Positions 1-8,547 of a stretch of 64,000 nucleotides of DNA are shown one piece after another. Under the pieces are notes generated by a model, which saw nothing but the letters and a program-made list of their open reading frames with translations, was not told the DNA's origin and did no database searches. How positions within the stretch are numbered: the stretch's first letter is position 1; every line of letters starts with the position of its first letter. The stretch covers positions 16,069 through 80,068 of the forward strand of contig CAPOAR010000001.1 of the NCBI GenBank assembly GCA_948670295.1. The letters run 5' to 3'. The stretch is from an uncultured Oscillospiraceae bacterium. Lineage in GTDB: Bacteria > Bacillota > Clostridia > Oscillospirales > Oscillospiraceae. The position numbers were made by a program, and so were the translations under genes.

Positions 1-119
1 TGGAGAGCGAGGAGCTGCTGGGCGGCGTGTTCTTCCTGTGCGACGATAAGGCCGCCTCCGCCATCACCGGCGTGGTGCTGCCCATCGACGCGGGCTTCGC
101 CGCCTATTCTGGCGTGTAA
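1..119 (+). CDS. 3' end of SDR-family oxidoreductase (D-mannonate oxidoreductase/UxuB-like), partial
   Basis: Frame from base 3 reads ESEELLGGVFFLCDDKAASAITGVVLPIDAGFAAYSGV*. The ITGxxLPIDxGF..YSGV tail is typical of UxuB-type SDRs. Confidence 0.75.
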   Translation, partial: ESEELLGGVFFLCDDKAASAITGVVLPIDAGFAAYSGV

Positions 120-168
120 TTTTCCCGCTTATAAAATCTTGCAAATACAAAAGTGACATCACGAAAAG

Positions 169-849
169 ATGAAAAAGACCTTGATGCTGGTTTCCGAAAA
201 ATCAAAACATCTCACAGAAGTATATAACGTGTTGTGCCGCGCCCAAATGGATGTGGTACACATAGACAACATATGTGAAGCAAAGGCAGGACTGGCAATG
301 CACAGTCCTGCCTTTGTTTTACTTGATTTTGACATAATAGGGGCAGCTTTCCTGTTGGATGAGATTGCTTTCGGGCAATTTAGTCCCCGGCCTTACATTA
401 TAATTGCTGCAACATATGCGGACGGGAATGACCGTGCCGCCATGCTTAAGCGTGGTGCAGACCACTGTGTGGACAGCCCCATCAACACACGCGAAGTATT
501 GGCAGTGATATACTCCGTACTGCGCCGCAACAGGCAGGCACATACAATAGAGCATAAAGAGCTGATTATCAATACGTCCCGCCGGACAGTGACCATGCGT
601 GGAGATCCGGTCGCCTTAACACGCAAGGAATATGAAGTCCTCTGCGCCCTCGCGCATCACGCTGGATCGATCCTGACAAAAGAGGAAATATATCGTGCGG
701 TGTGGAAAGACAGCTATGACCCCAAAAGCACGAATGTATCCGATCAAATATCGTCGCTCAGAAGCAAGCTGGGTCTCAGCAGTAAAGATTCTGCCTATAT
801 CCAAACGATCATCGGCATTGGATATAAGTTTGGCGGATCCATGCACTGA
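169..849 (+). CDS. OmpR/PhoB-family response regulator (atypical receiver plus winged helix)
   Basis: C-terminal LTRKEYEVL...LTKEEIYRAVW...SSLRSKL...IQTIIGIGYKF winged helix. Degenerate receiver (VLLD, GADHC). Confidence 0.9.
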   Translation: MKKTLMLVSEKSKHLTEVYNVLCRAQMDVVHIDNICEAKAGLAMHSPAFVLLDFDIIGAAFLLDEIAFGQFSPRPYIIIAATYADGNDRAAMLKRGADHCVDSPINTREVLAVIYSVLRRNRQAHTIEHKELIINTSRRTVTMRGDPVALTRKEYEVLCALAHHAGSILTKEEIYRAVWKDSYDPKSTNVSDQISSLRSKLGLSSKDSAYIQTIIGIGYKFGGSMH

Positions 850-890
850 GCGATTCATCTTTATCATTTTATGTCGATTTGTGTCGAGTG

Positions 891-911
891 AATCCTAACC
901 AAATCCTAACC
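891..911 (+). repeat. AATCCTAACC direct repeat, 11-bp period; probable OmpR-type binding site
   Basis: Exact copies at 891-900 and 902-911, just downstream of the response regulator gene. Confidence 0.6.
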
Positions 912-1159
912 GTATTCACATTTTGTTTCCATTTTAGTGGTAATATCTTACTGTAAGTATTTGCCTGGTTGGCCATGCCCGAGGAGGAAGAGTATGAAAG
1001 CTGCTGACCGTTATTTATCAGGTAGAGAACACCCGCCGCCTTAATGATATTGCACCTTGCCATGTGCGCAAATTGAAAATGGCCATATGTCAGCTGTGGC
1101 GGAATGGACTTGACAACCGCCATGGCTTATCGAGACTGTCAAGAGAAGGATTTGTAAAA

Positions 1160-1645
1160 ATGACTGCCGATACCAAAACATATGTCGTTGGCCTATTGGA
1201 GTCGTATCAAAAGCGTTCAAAGCAAATTGACCTTTTGCACTACGAATTGTCCCACCCGGCTCGCGTCTCAGAAAATGAAATGATCGGGGCTTTGGCCCTT
1301 GCCCATGGTGAGGAGGGTGGCCGTCCAGGCGGTCACGCCTCCGACAAAACCCTATACATCGCGCTTAACTATCAGGATCGCACCGATGAAGCAAACCAAA
1401 TTGGCGCTGATGAAGTAGTGGAGCAGCTTGTGGCGCTGGAAAAAGAGCAGGAGCGTTTGAAATATTACGTCTCGCTCTTAAAAGCGCGGCACAAAAAAGT
1501 CATCCAAATGTTTTATTTTGATGAAATGACCCCAGACGAAGTAGCGGAAACCCTTCAAGTGACAGTCAGGTACGCCCATTCCATCAAATCGAATGCAATC
1601 AATGAGCTTGTGTCAATGTACGAGTATGTGGACGGACTGCGCTAA
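1160..1645 (+). CDS. Sigma-70 region 4 / ArpU-RinA-like transcriptional regulator
   Basis: C-terminal LKARHKKVIQMFYFDEMTPDEVAETLQVT HTH. ATG 1160 follows GAAGGA. Confidence 0.75.
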   Translation: MTADTKTYVVGLLESYQKRSKQIDLLHYELSHPARVSENEMIGALALAHGEEGGRPGGHASDKTLYIALNYQDRTDEANQIGADEVVEQLVALEKEQERLKYYVSLLKARHKKVIQMFYFDEMTPDEVAETLQVTVRYAHSIKSNAINELVSMYEYVDGLR

Positions 1646-1649
1646 GGAA

Positions 1650-1739
1650 GTTCCGATTCTGTTCCCTTTTTGTTCCCTCATTCTTCAGTAAAAAAGCACT
1701 TTTTCAGCATTGCAATTTCCATTTACTCTGTGTTATGAT
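1650..1739 (+). promoter_or_regulatory. GTTCC 11-bp-period repeats followed by a putative xis-int promoter
   Basis: GTTCC at 1650, 1661 and 1672. TTGCAA (1710-1715), 18 bp, TATGAT (1734-1739). Confidence 0.5.
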
Positions 1740-1751
1740 TAAACTGTCAAA

Positions 1752-1794
1752 AAAGAGATGCTCTCCGGGAGTTCCCTGGAGGGCATCTCTCTTT
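1752..1794 (+). terminator. Stem-loop in the xis leader (possible attenuator)
   Basis: AGAGATGCTCTCC...GGAGGGCATCTCT followed by CTTT. Confidence 0.45.
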
Positions 1795-1819
1795 CAGTCG
1801 CAAGATAGGAGGTGTTGGC

Positions 1820-2050
1820 ATGATGCGGGCAAGAACGATCCACGAGGCGGCGACGTACTTCCGCGAGGCGGATCCTGATACCTGTTTAAGCGAAACGGCT
1901 ATCCGAAGGCTCATCCGCTCAGGAACTGTGCCGAGCGCTCGTGTAGGGAGAAAGTATCTCGTTACCGTCGAGGCTCTGGAGGCGTACCTCTCAGGCGCGA
2001 TCCAGTCCCCGGTCAAAATGCAAACGGTGAAAACATGGAAAATTGAATGA
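1820..2050 (+). CDS. xis: Excisionase-like HTH DNA-binding protein
   Basis: TIHEAA...ETAIRRLIRSGTVPSARVGRKYLV is an HTH_17/Xis signature. Lies directly upstream of the integrase, with a GGAGG RBS. Confidence 0.85.
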   Translation: MMRARTIHEAATYFREADPDTCLSETAIRRLIRSGTVPSARVGRKYLVTVEALEAYLSGAIQSPVKMQTVKTWKIE

Positions 2051-2163
2051 TTTTTCGGCGTGAGGAAATAAAAATAAACTTTTATAACCCCTTGTGATTT
2101 GCAAATATTCCCCCTATAATGAAGGTACTGTATTGCAAGGCGTTACTGAAAGGAGAACGCCAA

Positions 2164-3234
2164 ATGCCAAAGACAGCAGCGAAGAAGAAATACAATTACT
2201 TAACCAAAGCACTCCAGCTCCCGGACGGCAGCCGCAAGTACATCCGGGCCAAAACCCAGGCAGAGTTAGATGAAAAGGTGTTAAAGGCACAGATCCTGGT
2301 CAACTCCGGCGTGGACATTTGCAGCGAGGAAACCTTCGGCCATTTTGCTCAAATGTGGTACGACCTCTACAAGAAGCCCAACCTGCGTGAGAACAGCCTC
2401 AACGCGATCAAGTACGTTTTGAACCAACACATCCTGCCGTTCATTGGTGGATACCGCCTGCGGGATATCACCCCCATGCAGATTCAGGCCATTATGGCCT
2501 CGCTGTCCAACAAGAGCAATTCCCTCCAATCCAAGGTTCTGATCCATTTGCGCAGCATCTTCAAGGCCGCGCAGGAAAACGGATTGGTGGCGAAATCTCC
2601 CGTGAGCAGTATGCTGAAGCCGGGCGGCAAGAAAACCGCCGAGAAGGTGGCTCTCGTACCCCAGGAGACCCGTCTCTTGGTGGAAAGGGTAAGCAATCCC
2701 AGGGCCTACACCTTTCTGCTGATTGCGCTCCATACGGGGATGCGTAGAGGAGAGATTTTGGGCCTCATGTGGGAGGACATCGACTTTGAGCAGAGGATCG
2801 TCCACGTCAGACACAACGCCATCTTGGGCAAGGGAGAGACCTCCATCCACGATACGCTGAAGACTGATGCAGGACGGCGGGATATTCCCTTGACCGATGA
2901 GCTGGAAGTATGGCTGCCGAAGTACAAGAAGCGCAGCCACTCCAAGTTTGTGCTGGCCATGCAGAACGGCAAGCCGCTCACCCAGTCCGCCTACAAGAGT
3001 ATGTGGAAGCTGGTAGAGCGGGAGTTGCCCGAGACCCATGTGACGGCCCACGTCCTCCGCCACACCTATGTCACCCGGCTGTTTGAGGCGGGGCTGGACA
3101 TCAAGGAGATCCAGTACCTGGCAGGCCACAGCACTGTGGACATGACCCTCCGGGTATACACCCATTACGACCGGCGCTCCCGGGAAGGGAAGACCGCCGA
3201 GAAAGTGAGAGAAGCTATGCGGGAAAACGCATGA
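2164..3234 (+). CDS. int: Tyrosine recombinase/integrase
   Basis: TGMRRGE, TLKT, HVLRHTY, LAGHS and VYTH catalytic motifs. N-terminal arm-binding and SAM-like regions. AAAGGAG RBS. Confidence 0.97.
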   Translation: MPKTAAKKKYNYLTKALQLPDGSRKYIRAKTQAELDEKVLKAQILVNSGVDICSEETFGHFAQMWYDLYKKPNLRENSLNAIKYVLNQHILPFIGGYRLRDITPMQIQAIMASLSNKSNSLQSKVLIHLRSIFKAAQENGLVAKSPVSSMLKPGGKKTAEKVALVPQETRLLVERVSNPRAYTFLLIALHTGMRRGEILGLMWEDIDFEQRIVHVRHNAILGKGETSIHDTLKTDAGRRDIPLTDELEVWLPKYKKRSHSKFVLAMQNGKPLTQSAYKSMWKLVERELPETHVTAHVLRHTYVTRLFEAGLDIKEIQYLAGHSTVDMTLRVYTHYDRRSREGKTAEKVREAMRENA

Positions 3235-3251
3235 CACAAGGGGTCAAAAAA

Positions 3252-3272
3252 ATTTGCAACAGATTTGCAACA
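3252..3272 (+). repeat. Integrase arm-type sites (ATTTGCAACA x2)
   Basis: Exact copies at 3252-3261 and 3263-3272, between the int stop and the att core. Confidence 0.7.
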
Positions 3273-3388
3273 ACACGCCCCAAAATGGCCCGAAAATATC
3301 CTAAAATATGGGAAATAAGGCGGTTCAAAATTGCCCTGAACAGCAAAGCAAAAACCCCTCAAACCGTTGCGGTTCAAGGGGTTTCACT

Positions 3389-3411
3389 TGGTGGAGACTA
3401 CAGAACTCGAA
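3389..3411 (-). other. att core: 3' end of a tRNA (Val- or Ala-like), not a complete tRNA
   Basis: Reverse complement TTCGAGTTCTGTAGTCTCCACCA gives T-loop, T-stem 3' strand, acceptor 3' strand and ACCA. The rest of the tRNA is absent. Confidence 0.85.
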
Positions 3412-3563
3412 CGACATTTAACAAATGATGCCGTTGTTCCTCAAGCATTGTTTGATGATGTTCCGTCCCACCGAAAAAGCCCGTCAGGCCTTGTGCTACA
3501 AGGCTTCGAGAGTATCTAAAAGCAAAAAGCGTTGGGAGACAACGTTTTCCAGATTTGAAGGGC

Positions 3564-3583
3564 GTTGCAAATTTTCTGCAAGT
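3564..3583 (-). repeat. Inverted arm-type sites on the far side of the att core
   Basis: GTTGCAAAT (3564-3572) is the reverse complement of ATTTGCAAC. A degenerate copy (CTGCAAGT) lies one helical turn away. Confidence 0.6.
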
Positions 3584-3733
3584 TTTTTGCCCTTTTTGTG
3601 CCCCGGCAGGCCTCCATCTGTTGTTACGTGTTGTCAAATTTTATAGAGAAATAGATGCTATCTATGCACAAGCAATCAATTCCTTTTGAATGCCATAACC
3701 TTTTTCCAATTGTCGGGTAGTCCCATCATATTA

Positions 3734-4579
3734 GGCCTTGTTTGAAAAATCAAGGAAGGTGAGCTAAATCAACAAAATAGCGATAGAAGCGAGGTAAACA
3801 AAGGCGAGGAAAGAAGCATCCAGTTTGTCATATCTGGTAGCGATTCTGCGAAACCATTTGAGCTTTTGGAAAAAGCACTCAACCAAATGACGCTCTTTAT
3901 ATAACCACCAATCAACCGGCCATGGCTCAGAAATATTGCTTTGTGGTGGGATCACATAGCCGGCTCCCTGTTCTGAGATGTAAGCTCGGATCGCCTTTGC
4001 CCCATAAGCACGATCCGCTAATACATTGCTGCCGCTGATCTCTACTTTTTCCAGCAGTTCAACAGCATGAACGGAATCATGGTCATTTCCTGCGGACAAC
4101 ATAAATTCAACCGGGTTCCCCAGTCCATCCACGATTGTGTGCAGCTTTGTATTTAACCCGCCTCTGGTTCGTCCAACTGCCTTGTTCGCCGTTTTTTCCC
4201 CCTCCATTGGCACTTTCATGGACCTTGATGCAGGTTGAATCCAAACTCAGGTTTTCCATATCCGCATCTGCGGACAATGCGTGGAATATGGCTTCCAGTG
4301 TGCCGTCATCCCGCCATTTGGCAAATCGGGCATACACAGACTGCCAGGGGCCATACGCCTCTGGCAATTCCCGCCACTGCGCCCCGCTGCGCGCAATCCA
4401 GAGCATCCCGTTGAGCATCTTTCGGTCATCTTTCCTGGGACGCCCTCGCTTCCCTGTTCTTTCCGGCGGCAGCACCGCTTTTACGCGTTCCCATTGTTCT
4501 TTTGTCAATTCATATCGTTTCATGCCCCTATTTTACACTTCTTTATCATTTGTGCAATATCTATTTTTCAAACAAGGCC
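3734..4579 (-). mobile_element. IS5-family insertion sequence (IS427-like two-ORF type), 846 bp
   Basis: Perfect 17-bp TIRs GGCCTTGTTTGAAAAAT (3734-3750 and 4563-4579). TA target duplication at 3732-3733 and 4580-4581. Confidence 0.95.
3764..4523 (-). CDS. IS5-family transposase, two overlapping ORFs joined by a probable programmed -1 frameshift
   Basis: OrfA (4523-4107) has WRELPEAYGPWQSVYARF and SLDST. OrfB (to 3764) has TKLH, LADRAY, ERHLVE and RIATRYDK. Slippery GGGGAAAAAAC on the minus strand at ~4191-4201. Confidence 0.92.
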
Positions 4580-4644
4580 TAGACTTTGAACGCATTTAGT
4601 TCCCACAGCATAATCCGCAAATCATGTAGAAAGGGGCATAAAGT

Positions 4645-5784
4645 ATGCCAGATTATCAGCTTCAAATCAAGCAGCTCGTATCCTACCCGCGCTGCCGTAT
4701 CTACCGAGAATTTCTTCAAACCATGATCGCCGACCGGGGCGTCCGCACAAGCGGGCGCCCCGGTCTTTTTTGTTTTTCCGTCCTCTGCTCTTACGCCAAT
4801 TTCCGCACCTCGTACCTGTGCCTCGACGGCCTGACCTATACCATCTATCCCGGCGAGTGGATCTGCCGGGTGGGAGAGCTCACCACCGCCCTGCGGCTGC
4901 GTTCCCGCCGCCGGACGCTGGAGGTGCTGGATACCCTTCAAAACCGGCACCTCATCCAATACTCCCTGCTGGGGCGGGGGAACCTGATTAGGTACAAAAT
5001 CACAAATTGGCACCGCCACAACACCGTGTTGGACTACAACTGCCCCTGCCAGAAGGAGACCGGCTTCTTCTTCCTGCCTGTTACCACTGCCACGGAGCTG
5101 GTGGGGGCCGAGAAGTGCTCTGAAATGGATATTCTGTTAGATCTGTGGATCTCAGCGGTGTACCGGGACGACCAGGTACAGGGCTCCTTCGATGGTCCGG
5201 TGGTCTATCTGAGAAATGGGACGGGCAGCCCCCTGGTGTCCTACTCCGAGCTGGCCCAGCGGTGGGGACTGTCCAAGGCCACAGTGGGAAGGGTGCTGCG
5301 CAAGCTGGAGAAGGCGGGTCACATCGCCCTGCTCACCTTTCCCGGCAGGCATGGCACGGCCATCTACCTGCAAAATTACCTGTCCACCATGTTCCAGATT
5401 TCCGACGTGATGGTGGACAAGGACGAAGTGGCCATGTCCCTCAACATCCGGGTTCCCCTCCCCTCCCGTAAGCCCGAAATGCCGGAGGGCAGCGGTTCAA
5501 ACGAGGAAATTATCGTTTCAAAACCGGCGCAGGAAGTCATGGCCAGGAAAGTGCTTCAACTCCTTGCGCTGCAAGGGATTGGCTGTGCTCAATGTCCACG
5601 GATGACATATAAGTTATATGCTTTGTCCCGCGACAGCCAAGGTATCGTTGAAAGGGACACGTTGGTTAGGCGTTTTCGCATGGACGTGATGTGCCCCAGC
5701 GGTGTCCCGGCGTACACATTCGAGATTTCCACAACACCTGTGGATGGTTCGCCCAATGTTTGCGGTGAGGGGGTGGGCGCATGA
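4645..5784 (+). CDS. Winged-HTH protein, possible replication initiator/regulator of the ICE
   Basis: Two wHTH-like segments (SYSELAQRWGLSKATVGRVLRKLEKAG) and CxxC motifs. First gene of the ICE arm. Confidence 0.55.
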   Translation: MPDYQLQIKQLVSYPRCRIYREFLQTMIADRGVRTSGRPGLFCFSVLCSYANFRTSYLCLDGLTYTIYPGEWICRVGELTTALRLRSRRRTLEVLDTLQNRHLIQYSLLGRGNLIRYKITNWHRHNTVLDYNCPCQKETGFFFLPVTTATELVGAEKCSEMDILLDLWISAVYRDDQVQGSFDGPVVYLRNGTGSPLVSYSELAQRWGLSKATVGRVLRKLEKAGHIALLTFPGRHGTAIYLQNYLSTMFQISDVMVDKDEVAMSLNIRVPLPSRKPEMPEGSGSNEEIIVSKPAQEVMARKVLQLLALQGIGCAQCPRMTYKLYALSRDSQGIVERDTLVRRFRMDVMCPSGVPAYTFEISTTPVDGSPNVCGEGVGA

Positions 5785-6683
5785 AGATTGCCCTCGTCGA
5801 TGTAGATGGGCACAGCGGATTCCCCAATCTGGCACTCATGAAGCTGTCCGCCTGGCACAAGCGTCATGGCGATGAAGTGAGCTGGTGGAGCGGATTTGAG
5901 CACTACGACCGGGTGTACCTGTCCAAAGTGTTTACCTTCACCCCGGACCACGACACCGCCATCGACGCCGATGAGATCGTCACCGGGGGCACGGGGTACA
6001 AGGATTACCGCTGGCTGCCCCCTGAGATCGAGGCCATAGCCCCGGATTACAGCCTCTATCCCCGGTTCACCCGCGCCGTTGGATTCCTGACCCGGGGCTG
6101 TCCGAACCAATGTCCCTGGTGCATCGTGCCCCGCAAGGAGGGGGATATCCGCCCCGCCGCCGATTGGGACGACATCGTGCGCCCGGACAGCCGGGAGATC
6201 GTGTTCCTGGACAACAATGTGCTGGCCTCAGACCATGGCCTGGAGCAGATCAAGCAGATGGGCTATGAAAAGGTGTGGGTGGACTTCAACCAGGGCCTGG
6301 ACGCACGGCTCGTCACGCCGAAAGTGGCAAAGCTGCTGGCCGGCCTGCACTGGATCAGATTTGTCCGCCTGTCCTGCGACACCAGCGCCATGCTCCCGGT
6401 GGTGGAGCGGGCTGTGTCCTATCTCCGGGAGGCTGGGATCGCCAAATCCAGGCTGTGGGCCTATGTGCTGGTGGAGGATGTGGAGGACGCTCACCGCCGG
6501 GTACTGACGCTGGAGCGGATGGGCGTCCTGCCCTTTGCCCAGCCATACCGGGACTCTGACGGCGGCGAACCCACCAGCGAGCAGCGGGCCTTTGCCCGGT
6601 GGGTCAATATCAGGCCCGTACACAAATCATGCACATGGGAAGAGTACGATGACCCAGGAAAGGAAGGTCAGCATGGCAGGTAA
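5781..6683 (+). CDS. Radical SAM protein
   Basis: TRGCPNQCPWC (CxxxCxxC), FLDNN and NQGLDARL. ATGA-coupled to the upstream gene. Confidence 0.9.
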   Translation: MKIALVDVDGHSGFPNLALMKLSAWHKRHGDEVSWWSGFEHYDRVYLSKVFTFTPDHDTAIDADEIVTGGTGYKDYRWLPPEIEAIAPDYSLYPRFTRAVGFLTRGCPNQCPWCIVPRKEGDIRPAADWDDIVRPDSREIVFLDNNVLASDHGLEQIKQMGYEKVWVDFNQGLDARLVTPKVAKLLAGLHWIRFVRLSCDTSAMLPVVERAVSYLREAGIAKSRLWAYVLVEDVEDAHRRVLTLERMGVLPFAQPYRDSDGGEPTSEQRAFARWVNIRPVHKSCTWEEYDDPGKEGQHGR

Positions 6684-7203
6684 GCGGAAACAGCAGGATG
6701 TTACAGAGGACCCCCGGTATCACGACACCCGGAAACTCCTGAAGAAATATCGGGACGTGAGCTGGAGCCTGGAGTTGTCGGTGCAGCGGCTGAGGAACCA
6801 GTTCCATGTGGAATACGGAACGGACATTGATGATTTTCTGGACACGGTCTATCTGGCCGGGGCGGATCTGGGCGGCACCGAACTGGAGCACCATGCCCAG
6901 TGCATTGAGCGCAGCCATAAAATGCTGACGCTTCTGGAAAATGCCGTGGAGCTGCTCCGAAACAAGCACAAAAATGGTGAAGCCTATTACTGGATTTTAT
7001 ACTATTCGTATCTGTCCCCGCAGCAGTATCAGAACACGGAAGAAATCATTGAACAGCTCCGGCCCCATATTCGGGATATCAGCAGGACGACCTATTTTCG
7101 TAAACAGGAGCAGGCTATTCAAGCGCTCAGCGCTATCCTATGGGGCTATACCGCACAGGACAGCAACGCGATTTTGGCCGGTTTTATCCCGCCGCAGACC
7201 TGA
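6673..7203 (+). CDS. Probable transcriptional activator (ArpU/RinA-like C-terminal HTH)
   Basis: YWILYYSYL...EEIIEQL...ISRTTYFRKQEQAIQALS. Followed by a repeat array and promoter. Confidence 0.55.
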   Translation: MAGKRKQQDVTEDPRYHDTRKLLKKYRDVSWSLELSVQRLRNQFHVEYGTDIDDFLDTVYLAGADLGGTELEHHAQCIERSHKMLTLLENAVELLRNKHKNGEAYYWILYYSYLSPQQYQNTEEIIEQLRPHIRDISRTTYFRKQEQAIQALSAILWGYTAQDSNAILAGFIPPQT

Positions 7204-7215
7204 CTTTTAATTTAG

Positions 7216-7294
7216 ATGGGAGTGGATTGGGACTGTTTTGGGACTATATTGGGACTGTTTTGGAATTGACGCGGGACTTCATATGTGTTAAGAT
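7216..7294 (+). promoter_or_regulatory. 11-bp tandem repeat array (TTGGGACTRTW) overlapping the conjugation-operon promoter
   Basis: Units at 7216, 7227, 7238, 7249, 7260 and 7271. TTGACG (7266-7271), 17 bp, TAAGAT (7289-7294). Confidence 0.75.
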
Positions 7295-7442
7295 AGTCAT
7301 GCTCAAAACTGTAAGCAAAACCGAAAACGGCCGCGGGACAGACGCCATGGGGCGTCTTTTTTCATGCTCCTGTGGCAGCGAGACAGCGCCTGGACATCGG
7401 GCACTGTCTTCGTTTTCACCCAAGCGAAAAGGAGGAATCTGC

Positions 7443-7823
7443 TTGACCAAAGAATTCACCCCGTCCCAGAACGCCCCCAACCGGGGGCCGGACCCTGGCC
7501 GCTGGCTGTACGCCGGCTTCCTGTCCACCAGCCTGACGCCCCTGCTCTCCCGTCCGGCCTACGCGACCACCATCTGGACCAAGGCCAGCGAGGTCATGAA
7601 GGATGTCTACACCCAGATCCTGGGCATCTCCACCATCGCCGCCATCGTCACTGCCGCCGTGGCCCTGCTGATGATGAACTTCTCACGCTCCGGACGCACA
7701 GTGGACGAGTCCCGCTCCTGGCTGAAGCGCATCGTCATCACCTGGATCATCCTCAACTCCCTGGGCTTTATCATGGCCTACGTCACCCCCTTCTTCTCCG
7801 GCGGCCAGTGGACCGCGCCGTAA
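7443..7823 (+). CDS. VirB2/TrbC-like small membrane (pilin-like) protein
   Basis: Leader ending AYA plus two hydrophobic helices. First gene of the tra operon. TTG start after AGGAGG. Confidence 0.6.
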   Translation: MTKEFTPSQNAPNRGPDPGRWLYAGFLSTSLTPLLSRPAYATTIWTKASEVMKDVYTQILGISTIAAIVTAAVALLMMNFSRSGRTVDESRSWLKRIVITWIILNSLGFIMAYVTPFFSGGQWTAP

Positions 7824-8534
7824 ATGGGAATTTTAGATGGTATCGTAGAATGGATTGCGGAACAAGTCATGAACGGTCTGGATCTGATCAACACCTCAGT
7901 TTTGGGCGCTCTGGGCTGTGATATGACCACGTTTCTGCGCTACTTCCCAGCGGCGGAGACCATGTACGAGGTTTTCGTGGCCCTGGCCATCGGTCTCATT
8001 CTGCTGCTCTGGGTGTGGAACCTGTTCAAAAACTTTGGCCTGGGCGCAGGCTCCGAGGCCGAGGATCCCATCAAGCTCACCATCCGGGCGGTACTGTTCA
8101 TCATCCTGGTCTGGTACGCGGGCGATATCGTGGATCTGGTTCTGGACATCGGCGGTACGCCCTACAGCTGGATCTTGACGGGAAACCTCCCCAGCCTGGA
8201 TTTTGGCAGCTTCAGTTCGGTGCTGCTCACCATCATCGGCGTGTGTGCCAACGGGGCGGTGGCCCTCATCGTCCTCATTCTGGTGCTGATCCTGGCGTGG
8301 AACTACCTGAAGCTCCTGTGTGAAGCGGCGGAGAGGTACGTCCTGCTGGGCGTGCTGGTCTTTACTGCTCCTGTCGCCTTCGCCATGGGGGTGTCCCACT
8401 CCACATCGGATATCTTCAAAAGCTGGTGCCGGATGCTGGCCGGGCAGGTGTTCCTGCTGCTGATGAACGCCTGGTGCCTGAAGCTGTTCACCAGCATGGT
8501 GGGGGCGTTCATTGCCAATCCGCTGTCACTCTGA
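7824..8534 (+). CDS. VirB6/TrbL-like polytopic conjugation membrane protein
   Basis: About five hydrophobic segments and AERYVLLGVLVFTAPVAFA...IFKSWCRM. Lies upstream of virB4. Confidence 0.75.
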   Translation: MGILDGIVEWIAEQVMNGLDLINTSVLGALGCDMTTFLRYFPAAETMYEVFVALAIGLILLLWVWNLFKNFGLGAGSEAEDPIKLTIRAVLFIILVWYAGDIVDLVLDIGGTPYSWILTGNLPSLDFGSFSSVLLTIIGVCANGAVALIVLILVLILAWNYLKLLCEAAERYVLLGVLVFTAPVAFAMGVSHSTSDIFKSWCRMLAGQVFLLLMNAWCLKLFTSMVGAFIANPLSL

Positions 8535-8547
8535 ACGGAGGAAACCC

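Larger units (their letters stand above)
120..3411. mobile_element. Regulation/recombination end of an integrative element (response regulator, sigma-like regulator, xis, int, att core)
   Basis: Gene order ends in a tyrosine integrase, arm repeats and a tRNA-like core. Composition turns visibly AT-richer after base 119. Left boundary uncertain. Confidence 0.7.

Noticed and set aside
3389..3411. Possible tRNA gene
   Set aside because: Only the 3' 23 nt are present, with no anticodon or D arm. Treated as an att core.
3231..3646. Short ORFs over the att region
   Set aside because: They overlap recombination sites and have no RBS or recognisable product.
7216..7281. Possible CRISPR array (also considered for 13012-13228)
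   Set aside because: Units are 11 bp or 4-bp motifs without 25-40-bp repeats and unique spacers. No cas genes seen.
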